From assembly GCA_965262915.1 (NCBI GenBank), contig OZ253564.1:4672001-4736000 (forward strand): a stretch of 64,000 nucleotides of DNA, given 5' to 3'. Source of the DNA: Candidatus Spongiisociaceae bacterium. GTDB taxonomy: Bacteria > Actinomycetota > Acidimicrobiia > Spongiisociales > Spongiisociaceae. The notes under the pieces are model-generated. The model was not told where the DNA came from and made no database searches. It saw nothing but the letters and a program-made list of their open reading frames with translations. Positions 42,094-51,544 of this stretch are shown piece after piece (within the stretch, counting starts at the first letter, position 1; each line of letters starts with the position of its first letter). A program made the translations under genes and the position numbers.

Positions 42094-43198
42094 GCCCCGG
42101 ACCGCCCGCAGCGAGGCGGTAGGACCGAAGATCGGCGCCATGGTCTCTCACCCCGTCCTCTTCTCGCTGGTCTTCGCATTCGCTTTGGGCTGGGTGATCG
42201 TCTACCTGACGGGCAGCGACCCCGGATTTGCCTACCGGGAGATGTTCGATGGAGCGGTGACGGGCTCCGGGCTCCGCAATACGTTGGGGAGGGCGGTGCC
42301 GATCATCGGAATGGCCCTGGCGGTGTCCGTGGCCTTCCGCGCCGGGGTCATCAATCTGGGTGGAGAGGGCCAGATGGTGGTGGGGGGGCTGGCGGGCAGC
42401 CTGGTGGCAATCTACACACCGGGCCCCGGGGAACTGGTCATACCCTTGGCGATGGTGGCGGGGGGGCTGGCAGGGGCGGCTTGGGCGCTGCTGCCCGCCT
42501 TCGGGCAAACCCGGATCCGCCTCCCGATCCTGATAACGAGTTTGCTGCTCAACTACGTGGCCAGAGCCTTCACAGGGTACCTCGTGAGGTTTCGTTTCCT
42601 CGACCAGTCCGTTACGTTGACCTCCACCCGCCAGGTGCCCGAGACCGCCCGGATCCCGAAGATGCCCGTGTTCGGAGGGGTGAGCGTCTCCCTGGTGCTG
42701 GTGGTGATTCTCGTCCTGGTCGCATGGGTGGTCTACAGACGCACGGTGGCGGGCTACGAGACGCAGATGGCCGGCCTCAACGGACGTTTCGCCCGCTATG
42801 GAGGGATCCAGGTGGAGCGCCAGACGGTGGGGGTGATGATCGTGGCAGGCGCCATCGGAGGGGTGATAGGGACCCATCTGATCATCGGTGATGCGTACCG
42901 ATTCATCGACGGGGAACTGGTGCTGAGCGGGTTGGCGTGGACCGGACTGTTGGTGGCGCTGCTGGCGGCCAACCACCCTGGCCTGATCCTGGTAGCCGGG
43001 CTCCTCTTCTCGGGTCTCCAGATCGGGGGATTGGCGATGCAACGCAACGCCGACGTGTCCTGGCGCCTATCCCAGGTACTGCAAGCGCTGGTCATCGTCG
43101 CGGTTGCCAGCCGGCTGACCTTCGGCTGGTTCAAACGACGCACGGGACGCGCTCCGGCCGGTAGCGACCTCGAATCGGCCGCGGTGGGAGAGGTGTGA
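42086..43198 (+). CDS. Nucleoside ABC transporter permease
   Basis: FRAGVINLGGEGQ, ITSLLLNY, multiple TM helices. Confidence 0.9.
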   Translation: MLEPRTARSEAVGPKIGAMVSHPVLFSLVFAFALGWVIVYLTGSDPGFAYREMFDGAVTGSGLRNTLGRAVPIIGMALAVSVAFRAGVINLGGEGQMVVGGLAGSLVAIYTPGPGELVIPLAMVAGGLAGAAWALLPAFGQTRIRLPILITSLLLNYVARAFTGYLVRFRFLDQSVTLTSTRQVPETARIPKMPVFGGVSVSLVLVVILVLVAWVVYRRTVAGYETQMAGLNGRFARYGGIQVERQTVGVMIVAGAIGGVIGTHLIIGDAYRFIDGELVLSGLAWTGLLVALLAANHPGLILVAGLLFSGLQIGGLAMQRNADVSWRLSQVLQALVIVAVASRLTFGWFKRRTGRAPAGSDLESAAVGEV

Positions 43199-44118
43199 TG
43201 TTCGACCAGCTCTTCGACGCGGCGCTCCTCGACTCGGTCATCCGGGCAATGATCCCCATCCTGCTGGCGGCCCTGGGCGGGATGATCTGCGAGAGGGCGG
43301 GGGTCTTCCAGATCGCCATGGAGGGAATGATGCTGGCCGGCGCCTTCGGGGCGGTAACCGGATCCTACCTGGCCGTGTCCAGCGGGCTGGGCGTGGTGTT
43401 CGCGGTAGCCGCCGGGGTGCTCGTATCGCTGATGCTTGCCTTCGGGACCGTCAGCCGGCGCGGTGATCCGATAGTGCTCGGGATCGCGCTCAACCTCATG
43501 GCCCTGGGACTCACCGGATTCCTTCTCCCACAGATCTTCGACGTTAGGGGCGTGTTCCGGCACGAACGGATCGACGGGCTGGATCGCCTACCGATCCCGC
43601 TCCTCTCCGACATCCCCTGGATAGGACCGGTGCTGTTCAACCAGACGATCCTCGCCTACCTCGCCTTCCTACTGGTACCCGGAATCTGGATCGCCCTGTT
43701 CCGCACACCTATTGGTCTGCGCCTGAGAGGGGTCGGAGAGCGACCGCTGGCGGCCGAGTCGCTGGGAGTCAGCCCCACCGCCTACAAATACGGCGCGGTG
43801 ATCGCGTCCGGTATCCTTTCCGGCTTGGCCGGAGCCCAACTCGCACTCGGCAACGTGGTGCAGTTCGCCGAGAACATGTCGAGCGGGCGCGGATGGGTAG
43901 CGGTGGTGGCAGTGATGCTGGGACGCGCCCATCCCTTCGCAGTCTTCGGTGCCAGCCTCCTGTTCGCGTTCGCTGAGGGACTCGGCTTCCGCCTCCAGGG
44001 CAACGGCCTACCGGTCCAGATAACCGATGCCCTCCCCTTCGTAGTGACCCTGATCGCGTTGATCGCCGCCCGCAAGCGTTTCGCCCGCCTTCTGGATCTC
44101 ACCAGCGCCGCCGGCTGA
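43195..44118 (+). CDS. Nucleoside ABC transporter permease
   Basis: ERAGVFQIAMEG, RTPIGLRLRGVGE, GRGWVA, LPFVVT. Confidence 0.9.
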   Translation: MMFDQLFDAALLDSVIRAMIPILLAALGGMICERAGVFQIAMEGMMLAGAFGAVTGSYLAVSSGLGVVFAVAAGVLVSLMLAFGTVSRRGDPIVLGIALNLMALGLTGFLLPQIFDVRGVFRHERIDGLDRLPIPLLSDIPWIGPVLFNQTILAYLAFLLVPGIWIALFRTPIGLRLRGVGERPLAAESLGVSPTAYKYGAVIASGILSGLAGAQLALGNVVQFAENMSSGRGWVAVVAVMLGRAHPFAVFGASLLFAFAEGLGFRLQGNGLPVQITDALPFVVTLIALIAARKRFARLLDLTSAAG

Positions 44119-44172
44119 CGAGCCGGCCTCTCGAAGCCGGCAATGGGTGACCGATCGGGGTCGGCAGGCTCA

Positions 44173-44316
44173 GAGGGTGCGCGGATAGGTGCTCACCTGG
44201 GGAAACAGTGACCGGGACGGTTGACGAGTCCACGGCCCTGACCAGGGGTTCTCCGGCGGGGAAACCGGGTTGGGCTACGGATAGGAGCAGTCGCGTCCGC
44301 CTATCCGCGCACCCTC
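44173..44316. mobile_element. 144-bp MITE with 17-bp perfect TIRs and TCA target duplication
   Basis: GAGGGTGCGCGGATAGG (44173-44189) / CCTATCCGCGCACCCTC (44300-44316); TCA at 44170-44172 and 44317-44319; no ORF. Confidence 0.85.
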
Positions 44317-44519
44317 TCAGTAGATGATGACCAGGGCGTAACGCGGGACCCGATCCAATTCGGCCCTCTTCAGTTCATCAAGCCGATAGGAACAGTTCCC
44401 GGCGGCCCATGACCATGGCAAGCATCTTGCAAAAGGGTTGGCGAGCCTGTCGGCCGTACCGCGTTCGCTCAGCCTCCAGTCGACCGGCGGGGTGAACCGT
44501 AGCCGACCGGTGTGGCCGG

Positions 44520-45437
44520 CTACGGAGGGGTGTCGTGCTCATCCGACACGTTCGAGGAGTCCCAACGGACGAGCTCCAAGAGTCGGGCGGAGCGTGGATC
44601 GAGGTCCGTGTCCCTTCTCCATACCGCTTCGATCACGCGGAGCGCCACCAGCGGCCCTTCCTGGAGGCGGGAACCCGCCTCCCCGCCTTCTGCCACCTGT
44701 CTGGGGAGCACCGTGCGGGCGTAGCCCAGCACCGCCATCTGGCGTAACACCGTCGGGTGCGCGGACTCGAGCGCCACCTCGGGCCGGATGCCGAGCTGCG
44801 CCAGACCGTGGTCGATCAGGAGCCGGGTGCGGGATCCGGGCGGGTACAGCGCCCAGCCCTCAGGCGTCGCTTCGTAACCTTCCGTGCCGCGGGGCGCAAC
44901 GGGTGGATACTCTGGCGGGGAGTAGACGTGCATGCGCTCGACGGTGATCGGCTTCGACTCGTAACGCCTCCCGGCCGGCCCCACCACGAAGGCCAGATCC
45001 AGCTGGTAATCGTCGACCATCGACAGAAGCTCCGCCGATTCGGCCACCACCAACTGCAGGTCGATCTCGGGAAGTTCCTCCTGCAACCGGGACAGCCCGG
45101 AAGGGAGCGTGTACAGACCCACGGTGTCGATCATGCCCACCCGGAGCGAACCGACGTCGCCCTTCTCCCATCTCTCCAACCACCGGAGCAAGTCGGTGGT
45201 CTGGCCGATCACCCGGTCTGCGTAGCCCGCCACCCGCTGCCCGGGCTCGGTCAGCACCCGCCGCCGTCCGTCCTTCCTGAACAGGGCCACCCCCAACCGC
45301 TTGGACAGTTCGGCCAGGGATTGGGAGAGGGCGGGCTGGCTGATACCCAGCTGCCAGGCCGCCTCGGTGAAAGTGCCGCAGCGCTCCACCTCTTGGAGGC
45401 AGCGCAGGCTCCTGAAGTTCAGCGGCGGAATATCCAT
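44520..45437 (-). CDS. LysR-family transcriptional regulator
   Basis: GTFTEAAWQLGISQPALSQSL..L...LGVALF, LTEPG, GSLRVG. Confidence 0.93.
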   Translation of the reverse strand: MDIPPLNFRSLRCLQEVERCGTFTEAAWQLGISQPALSQSLAELSKRLGVALFRKDGRRRVLTEPGQRVAGYADRVIGQTTDLLRWLERWEKGDVGSLRVGMIDTVGLYTLPSGLSRLQEELPEIDLQLVVAESAELLSMVDDYQLDLAFVVGPAGRRYESKPITVERMHVYSPPEYPPVAPRGTEGYEATPEGWALYPPGSRTRLLIDHGLAQLGIRPEVALESAHPTVLRQMAVLGYARTVLPRQVAEGGEAGSRLQEGPLVALRVIEAVWRRDTDLDPRSARLLELVRWDSSNVSDEHDTPP

Positions 45438-45472
45438 AAGTATTCCTAATCATAATAAGTAGAACTATCTAT
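45436..45472. promoter_or_regulatory. Probable LysR binding boxes in the divergent LysR/ino1 promoter
   Basis: AT-rich ATAAGtattcCTAAT and ATAAGtagaaCTATC, T-N11-A type. Confidence 0.55.
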
Positions 45473-45529
45473 TTGACTGATGAGAAGTTGAGGTCAGACT
45501 GTGGTGAGTCGAACCCAGAGGACATGATC

Positions 45530-46597
45530 ATGAAAGAAATAAGAGTGGCGATCGTGGGGGTGGGGAACTGCGCCTCATCCCTCGTGCAGGGCGTCGAGTT
45601 CTACCGGGATGCCCCCGCCGACCAGACGATCCCCGGACTCATGCACCCCGTGCTGGGCGACTACCACGTCGGTGACATCCGCTTCGTGGCCGCCTTCGAC
45701 GTCGACGCCGCCAAGGTCGGCCAGGACCTCTCCAAGGCGATCACTGCGGGACAGAACAACACCATCTCGTTCTGCGATGTACCCCAACTGGATGTGACCG
45801 TACAGCGGGGTCGCACCCTGGACGGGATCGGCACCTACATCGCCGACGTGGTGGAGGAGTCCGCCGCGGCCGAGGTGGACGTGGCCGAGGAACTGCGGAA
45901 GGCCCGAGCCGACGTGGTCATCTCCTACCTGCCGGTCGGGTCGCAGAAGGCTACCGAGTTCTACGTCGAGCAGGCACTGGCGGCGGGGTGTGCCTTCGTG
46001 AACTGCATCCCGGTGTTCATCGCCCGGACCGGGGAATGGGCCGACCGCTTCCGCGAGGCGGGCCTCCCGATCGTGGGCGACGACATCAAGTCGCAGGTGG
46101 GCGCCACGATCCTGCACCGGACCCTCGTGAACCTCTTCCAGGATCGTGGTGTGAAGGTCGACCGCACCTACCAGCTCAACTTCGGGGGTAACACCGACTT
46201 CCTGAACATGCTGGAGCGACGCCGGCTCGTGTCCAAGAAGGAGTCGAAGACCAAGGCGGTGACCAGCCAGCTCGAAACCCGGACCGCGGTGGAGGACGTG
46301 CACATAGGCCCGTCGGATCACGTTCCCTGGCTGACGGACCGCAAATGGGCTCACATCCGCCTGGAAGGAACCGGGTTCGGCGACACCCCCCTCGACGTGG
46401 AGGTGAAGCTGGAGGTGTGGGACAGCCCCAACTCCGCGGGGGTGGTGATCGACGCTCTCCGCTGCGCGAAGCTGGGCCTGGACCGGGGAATATCAGGTCC
46501 GCTCTATGAAGCGAGCGCCTACTTCATGAAGTCCCCGCCCCGGCAGATGCGGGACGAGGCAGCTCGTGAAGCGGTGGAGACTTTCATAGCGGGCTAG
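45530..46597 (+). CDS. ino1: Myo-inositol-1-phosphate synthase
   Basis: [54 protein letters not shown]. Confidence 0.96.
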   Translation: MKEIRVAIVGVGNCASSLVQGVEFYRDAPADQTIPGLMHPVLGDYHVGDIRFVAAFDVDAAKVGQDLSKAITAGQNNTISFCDVPQLDVTVQRGRTLDGIGTYIADVVEESAAAEVDVAEELRKARADVVISYLPVGSQKATEFYVEQALAAGCAFVNCIPVFIARTGEWADRFREAGLPIVGDDIKSQVGATILHRTLVNLFQDRGVKVDRTYQLNFGGNTDFLNMLERRRLVSKKESKTKAVTSQLETRTAVEDVHIGPSDHVPWLTDRKWAHIRLEGTGFGDTPLDVEVKLEVWDSPNSAGVVIDALRCAKLGLDRGISGPLYEASAYFMKSPPRQMRDEAAREAVETFIAG

Positions 46598-46653
46598 CTC
46601 GGCGACCGCGGGGGTCTCCTCAGCGGCCCGGTTCAGCGCGCGGCGGCGGGACC

Positions 46654-48969
46654 TCACTCATCCAGGGCCGCTAGCTCCGGAGGGTCGAACGCACCATGCA
46701 CAGGGACTTCTCCGTGCCACTTCTCGAGACGGACGAGGCAGGTGTGCGCGGCAGGTCCCTGGGCGAGGCTCGAAGTCCCCAGGTCGGAGGTGAGGATGTT
46801 CGGGTTTCCGTGAAGGCAAGTACCTTCGAGGTCCGGATCCGCCCCGGGTGCGTACCAGGCGCCCGTCGCCAACTGTACGACACCCTGGCGGACTCGATCG
46901 GTAACCGAGGCGCCCGCCAGGCACGCACCTCGCGAGTTCCACACACGCACCACATCACCGGAGACGATCCGGCGCAGGGCCGCGTCAGCTGGATGGATCC
47001 GGATCGCTTCGAGCCCGGAGACCTTGCCGCTCCGGCTCGTGGAGCCATGGTCCCACTGGCTGTGCAACCGGGTGCGCGGCTGGTTCGAGATGAGATGCAG
47101 GGCCGCTTCGTCGTCCGTCCCGCCCAGCCACTCCCTCGGCGCCATCCAGGCCGGACGGGGCGGGCAGTCCTCGTATCCGAATCCGGCAATGGTGTGCGAG
47201 TACAACTCGATCTTGCCGGACGGTGTGGCCAGTGGATGCGCATCGGGATCCTCGCGGAAGTCCTCCAGCAACACCCGCTTGGGTTCTCCCCCGGGATACC
47301 GCCGGTCCAGGAACCCTGCCTGCCAGAACTCCTCGAAGGTCGGGAGGCCCGGTTCGCGTCTGAGCAACTGCTCGTATAGATGCCGCACCCATTGGTCGGC
47401 GGTCCTTCCCTCGGAGAAGCGTTCGCCCTCGCCCAGCCGCTCCGCCAGCTGCCCGAATATCCCGTAATCGTTCCTGGCGCCACCGACCGGCTCGATGGCC
47501 TGCTGCATCGCAAAGACGTGGTTGTCGGTAGGAGCGCCCCCGATGTCGTTGCGTTCGAGCGGGGTGGTGGAGGGGAGGACGACATCGGCATGTTTGGCCG
47601 TCGCCGTCCAGAAGGGTTCGTTGACGACCACCGTGTCGGGGTGCTGCCACGCACGTCGCAGGCGGTTGAGGTCCTGGTGATGATGGAACGGGTTGCCTCC
47701 GGCCCAGTAGACCAGGCGGATGTCGGGATAGACGTAGGTGCCACCGTCATAGGTGAACTCGTCGCCGGGGTGTGCCAGCATGTCGGCTATGCGAGCCACG
47801 GGGATGAACGAGGCGACCGACCACCGGCCCCGGTTGAGGAAGGGAAGCCACGAGTTGCCGGAGCCGTTTCCTACGGAAGCCACCGCTCCGTATCCGATGC
47901 CGAGACCGCCCCCGGGGAGGCCGATCTGCCCGATTGCCGCGGCCAGGGCGATAGCCGCCGTCCAGATCACGTGCTCGCCGTGGTGCGAACGCTGCAACGA
48001 CCAGCTGACGTTGATCATCGACCGCCGCTCGACCATCGATCTGGCCAGGGATCGGATCTCGGCGGGGCGGATCGTGGTGATCGGGGAGGCCCATTCGGCG
48101 TCCTTAGCCACGCCGTCCTCGGCGCCGGTGACGTAGGCCGCCAGCGAATCCCACCCCGTGCAGTACCTGTCGACGAAGGCACGGTCGTAGGAGCCTTCCG
48201 TGATCAGCGTATGCATGAGAGCCAGCATCAGAGCCGTGTCGGTGCCGGGTCGGATCGGCAGCCAGACCGCCCGTAGCGAACCGCCCAGGTCGTCCGCGAT
48301 CGGTGACACATTGACGAAGCGGGTACCGCTCTCCGCCCACCGGCCCAGCCAGCCACGGAGCTCGTGCCGACCGACACCGCCGTGGTCGACCTGGCTGTTC
48401 TTGAGGGGGATCCCGCCGAAGGCAACCACTAGTTCGGTGTTGTCGGCGATCACATCCCAGGACGTGTGGGCGTTCTGGAAGCGCCACCACCCCATACCGA
48501 GTACGTGAGGCAGGATGACCTCGGCTGCGGCAAGACTGTAGGTGTTGACGGACCGCGTGTATCCGCCGATCGAGTTCATGAACCGATGCAGCTGGGTGCG
48601 TGCGTGGTGGAACCGTCCCGCGCTGGCCCAACCGTACGACCCGGCATAGATCGCTTGGTTCCCGTAGACACTTCGCACACGGTCGAGTTCGGCAGCCACC
48701 AGGTCGAGGACCCGGTCCCATCCGACCTAGACGAACCGCTCCCGCCCCCGCAGCTCCGGTGCGGTTCCGGGTCCTCCTTCGAGCCAGCTCTCCCTGACCG
48801 ACGGCATACGAACCCGAGCCCGTCCGACATCGACCATGGAGTACCCGATCGGGGATGGATCGGGATCGTCCCGAAACGGTCGCACCGCCCGGATCGAACC
48901 GCCCGACGATTCCACCTCGTAGGCACCCCAGTGAGTCAGAGTGAGGCTGGACGTCCCCTGATCGTTCAC
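46654..48969 (-). pseudogene. Molybdopterin oxidoreductase (BisC/TorZ/DMSO reductase type) interrupted by in-frame TAG at 48727-48729
   Basis: THWGAY N-terminus and RGRERFV*VGWDRVLDLVAAEL continue in frame into SYGWASAGRFH, GGNPFHHHQD, TPSGKIE, RLHSQ, HGNPN. Confidence 0.85.
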
Positions 48970-49195
48970 AACGCCGTCCTTCGGTAGGGGGAGACCATCC
49001 TACGGCGCGCGGCTTTCGGACCCTCGAAGACCGGGCCACCGATACGCTTCGGGGAAGCCTCGGGGCCACACGAGTCGAGGAGGCTGGTCAACAACCCCCG
49101 GTTGGCCCGACGGTCAATGACAGAGGGCACGTCAGCGGACCACGAGCCAACCATTTACCCGTTCATGAGCACCGTCGCGGGGGGAGCCGAGCTGT

Positions 49196-49208
49196 TGCTA
49201 ACGTTGCC
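49196..49208. promoter_or_regulatory. Possible LacI-family operator
   Basis: TGCTAACGTTGCC, imperfect palindrome centred on AACGTT, upstream of nucleoside catabolic genes. Confidence 0.35.
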
Positions 49209-49267
49209 CGGCAACCTTCGGTCCGGTCCGGCGAGGGTTGCTGCAAGGGAACCGGGGATTGACGATC

Positions 49268-50065
49268 ATGTCGGCGTTCGACAAGTCCGCTATCGACAAG
49301 GATGCATTTCAATACGCCACCCGGATCAGGCGGGGAGACGTGGGCCGCTACGTACTGCTACCCGGGGATCCGGCTCGGATAGACCGGATCGCGGCCCATC
49401 TCGACAATGTCAACCTGGTGGCGCACAGCCGGGAGTTCCGGACGATCACAGGCTCGTACCGGGATATCCGGATCAGCGCCATGTCCACCGGCGTCGGATG
49501 CCCATCCGCTTCCATCGCGGTCGAGGAACTGGTGAACGCCGGCGCCACCCACTTCATCAGGGTGGGCAGCACAGCCGGCCTCCAGCCCTGTATCAAGACC
49601 GGGGATATCGTCATCAACACCGGCATGGTCCGCAACGACGGAACGTCTCGGGCCTACGTACCGGATACCTACCCGGCCATCGCCGACCACTTCCTGGCCC
49701 ACGCCCTCATCGAAGCTGCCCGGGAGCGCCGGCGGGAAGGCGGCTTCGAGTTGCACATAGGCCTGGGCGCCTGCGACGACGCCTTCTACGCGGAGACACC
49801 CGAGTGGATCGAGCGCCATGCCAGGCTCGGACTGCTGAATATCGAGATGGAAAGCTCCGCCATCTTCACGGTGGCCCAACTCCGTGGAGTCCATGCGGCG
49901 ATGGTGTGTGGCGTGTCCGGGAACCTCGTGGTAGCCGACTTCGACTACGACCGGGGGGAGCACGGCAACGAGCGCCTCGTCGGGGCTTGGGAGGAAGCGA
50001 TCGTGATCGCCCTAGAGGCGATCCTCCGATACGACACGGAGCATTCCGATGCCCCGACGGTGTGA
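49268..50065 (+). CDS. Uridine phosphorylase-like nucleoside phosphorylase
   Basis: LLPGDPARI, REFRT, STGVGCPS, IRVGST, IEMESSA. Confidence 0.88.
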   Translation: MSAFDKSAIDKDAFQYATRIRRGDVGRYVLLPGDPARIDRIAAHLDNVNLVAHSREFRTITGSYRDIRISAMSTGVGCPSASIAVEELVNAGATHFIRVGSTAGLQPCIKTGDIVINTGMVRNDGTSRAYVPDTYPAIADHFLAHALIEAARERRREGGFELHIGLGACDDAFYAETPEWIERHARLGLLNIEMESSAIFTVAQLRGVHAAMVCGVSGNLVVADFDYDRGEHGNERLVGAWEEAIVIALEAILRYDTEHSDAPTV

Positions 50066-50067
50066 GG

Positions 50068-50307
50068 GTGAACAAAAGAGCGGCTCCCGCCGACCCGGAC
50101 GGCTTCATTGCGGAGATGCCCAAGGCCGAACTGCACGTGCACCTCGAAGCGACCCTGCAGCCGTCCACAGCTACCACCGATCCGGCGCGGTTCAGCGCCT
50201 CCATGTGCGAGAGCGAACTCCGGTTGGCCCTCCTCCAAGAGTTCGACACCTGGACATGTTCACACGACACCCTGAACCGAGACCCCCGCCCCCACCCCAT
50301 CTCTTGA
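50068..50307 (+). pseudogene. Internally deleted in-frame mini-copy of the adjacent adenosine deaminase (79 aa)
   Basis: IAEMPKAELHVHLE..L.PSTA joined to TD.AR-FSA.MCE.ELR..LLQEFDTW...DPRPHPIS; downstream TGATCCGAACC shared with add. Confidence 0.8.
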
Positions 50308-50321
50308 TCCGAACCTGACAG

Positions 50322-51446
50322 ATGCACCACGAGACCTTGGCCACCGACTTGGACGATCTCATCGCGGAGATGCCCAAGGCCGAACTGCACGTGCACCTGG
50401 AAGGAACCCTCCGGCCGTCGACAGCTGTCACGCTGGCCCGGCGCCACGGTCTTGTCGACACGCTACCCACTATTGATCCGGTGAAGCTCGCCGACTGGTT
50501 CGAGTTCAAAGACTTCAAGGACTTCATACGGGTGATAAGGGCCATCCAGAACCTGATCCGTACGGCGGATGACTTCGCCTTGGTCGCTTACCAGGCCGGG
50601 GCCGATATGGCAGAGCAGAACATCCGCTACCGCGAGCTGACGGTCTCTCCGTACAACCACACCCACATCTTCGACAAAGGGCTGTCCATAGGAGACATCC
50701 TCGGTGGTCTGGATCAAGGGCGAGACAGCGCCCGAGCAGACTTCGGCGTGGAGATCCGATGGGTGTTCGACATCTCCCGGAACTTCAGCTTCTCCGGCCC
50801 GGATGGGACCTACGATCCAGAGCCGGCGGAGGTAACCCTGCGCTACGGCCTGGCCGGGCAGGAGCACGGGGTGATCGGGCTGGGCATCGGAGGCGACGAG
50901 GAGGGGCGACCGCCTGAGCCCTTCGCCCATGCCTTCCGGGAGGCGAAACGGGCCGGCCTCAAGAGCCTCCCCCATGCCGGCGAGTCTCTCAGACCGTGGG
51001 GAGCGGACCACGTTCGAGGGTCGATCGACGTGCTGGAGGCGGACCGCATCGGGCATGGCGTAGGGGCAATCCGGGATCCGCACCTCCTCTCGGTCTTGGC
51101 AGACCGGGCCATACCCCTCGAGGTATGCCCCACCAGCAACCTGAGAACCCGCGTCTGCGAACGCACCGCCCTGCATCCGTTCCCGCACCTCGACGGGATG
51201 GGACTGACGCTTACGGTCAACAGCGACGATCCCCCTTTGTTCGGAACCACGCTCAACGACGAGTACCGGCTCCTGGCGACCGAGTTCTGCTACGGAGCGA
51301 CCGACCTGGCTCGGATCGCCCGCAATGCCTTCAGCGCCGCCATGTGCGAGGCGGAACTCCGGTCGTCCCTCCTCCAAGAGTTCGACACCTGGGCCCGTTC
51401 ACAGAACACTCCGAACCCGGACCCCCGGCCCCACCCCATCTCTTGA
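50322..51446 (+). CDS. add: Adenosine deaminase
   Basis: PKAELHVHLEG, HAGE, RIGHG, EVCPTSN, NSDDP. Confidence 0.92.
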   Translation: MHHETLATDLDDLIAEMPKAELHVHLEGTLRPSTAVTLARRHGLVDTLPTIDPVKLADWFEFKDFKDFIRVIRAIQNLIRTADDFALVAYQAGADMAEQNIRYRELTVSPYNHTHIFDKGLSIGDILGGLDQGRDSARADFGVEIRWVFDISRNFSFSGPDGTYDPEPAEVTLRYGLAGQEHGVIGLGIGGDEEGRPPEPFAHAFREAKRAGLKSLPHAGESLRPWGADHVRGSIDVLEADRIGHGVGAIRDPHLLSVLADRAIPLEVCPTSNLRTRVCERTALHPFPHLDGMGLTLTVNSDDPPLFGTTLNDEYRLLATEFCYGATDLARIARNAFSAAMCEAELRSSLLQEFDTWARSQNTPNPDPRPHPIS

Positions 51447-51544
51447 TCCGAACCGCCGATCAGGCGCGCCTACCCGTACTTGACGGTCTCCCAGAACCCC
51501 GATGCCAGCCGAAGGGCCAGGGTTTACATCCAGGCCCCTGGTCG

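Noticed and set aside
48727-48729. Pyrrolysine recoding in the molybdoenzyme
   Set aside because: Site appears to be a non-catalytic Glu one substitution from TAG; no pyl genes in the window
49211-49240. Hairpin GCAACCTTCG...CGAGGGTTGC in the phosphorylase leader as a riboswitch
   Set aside because: Single stem with no aptamer features or U-tract
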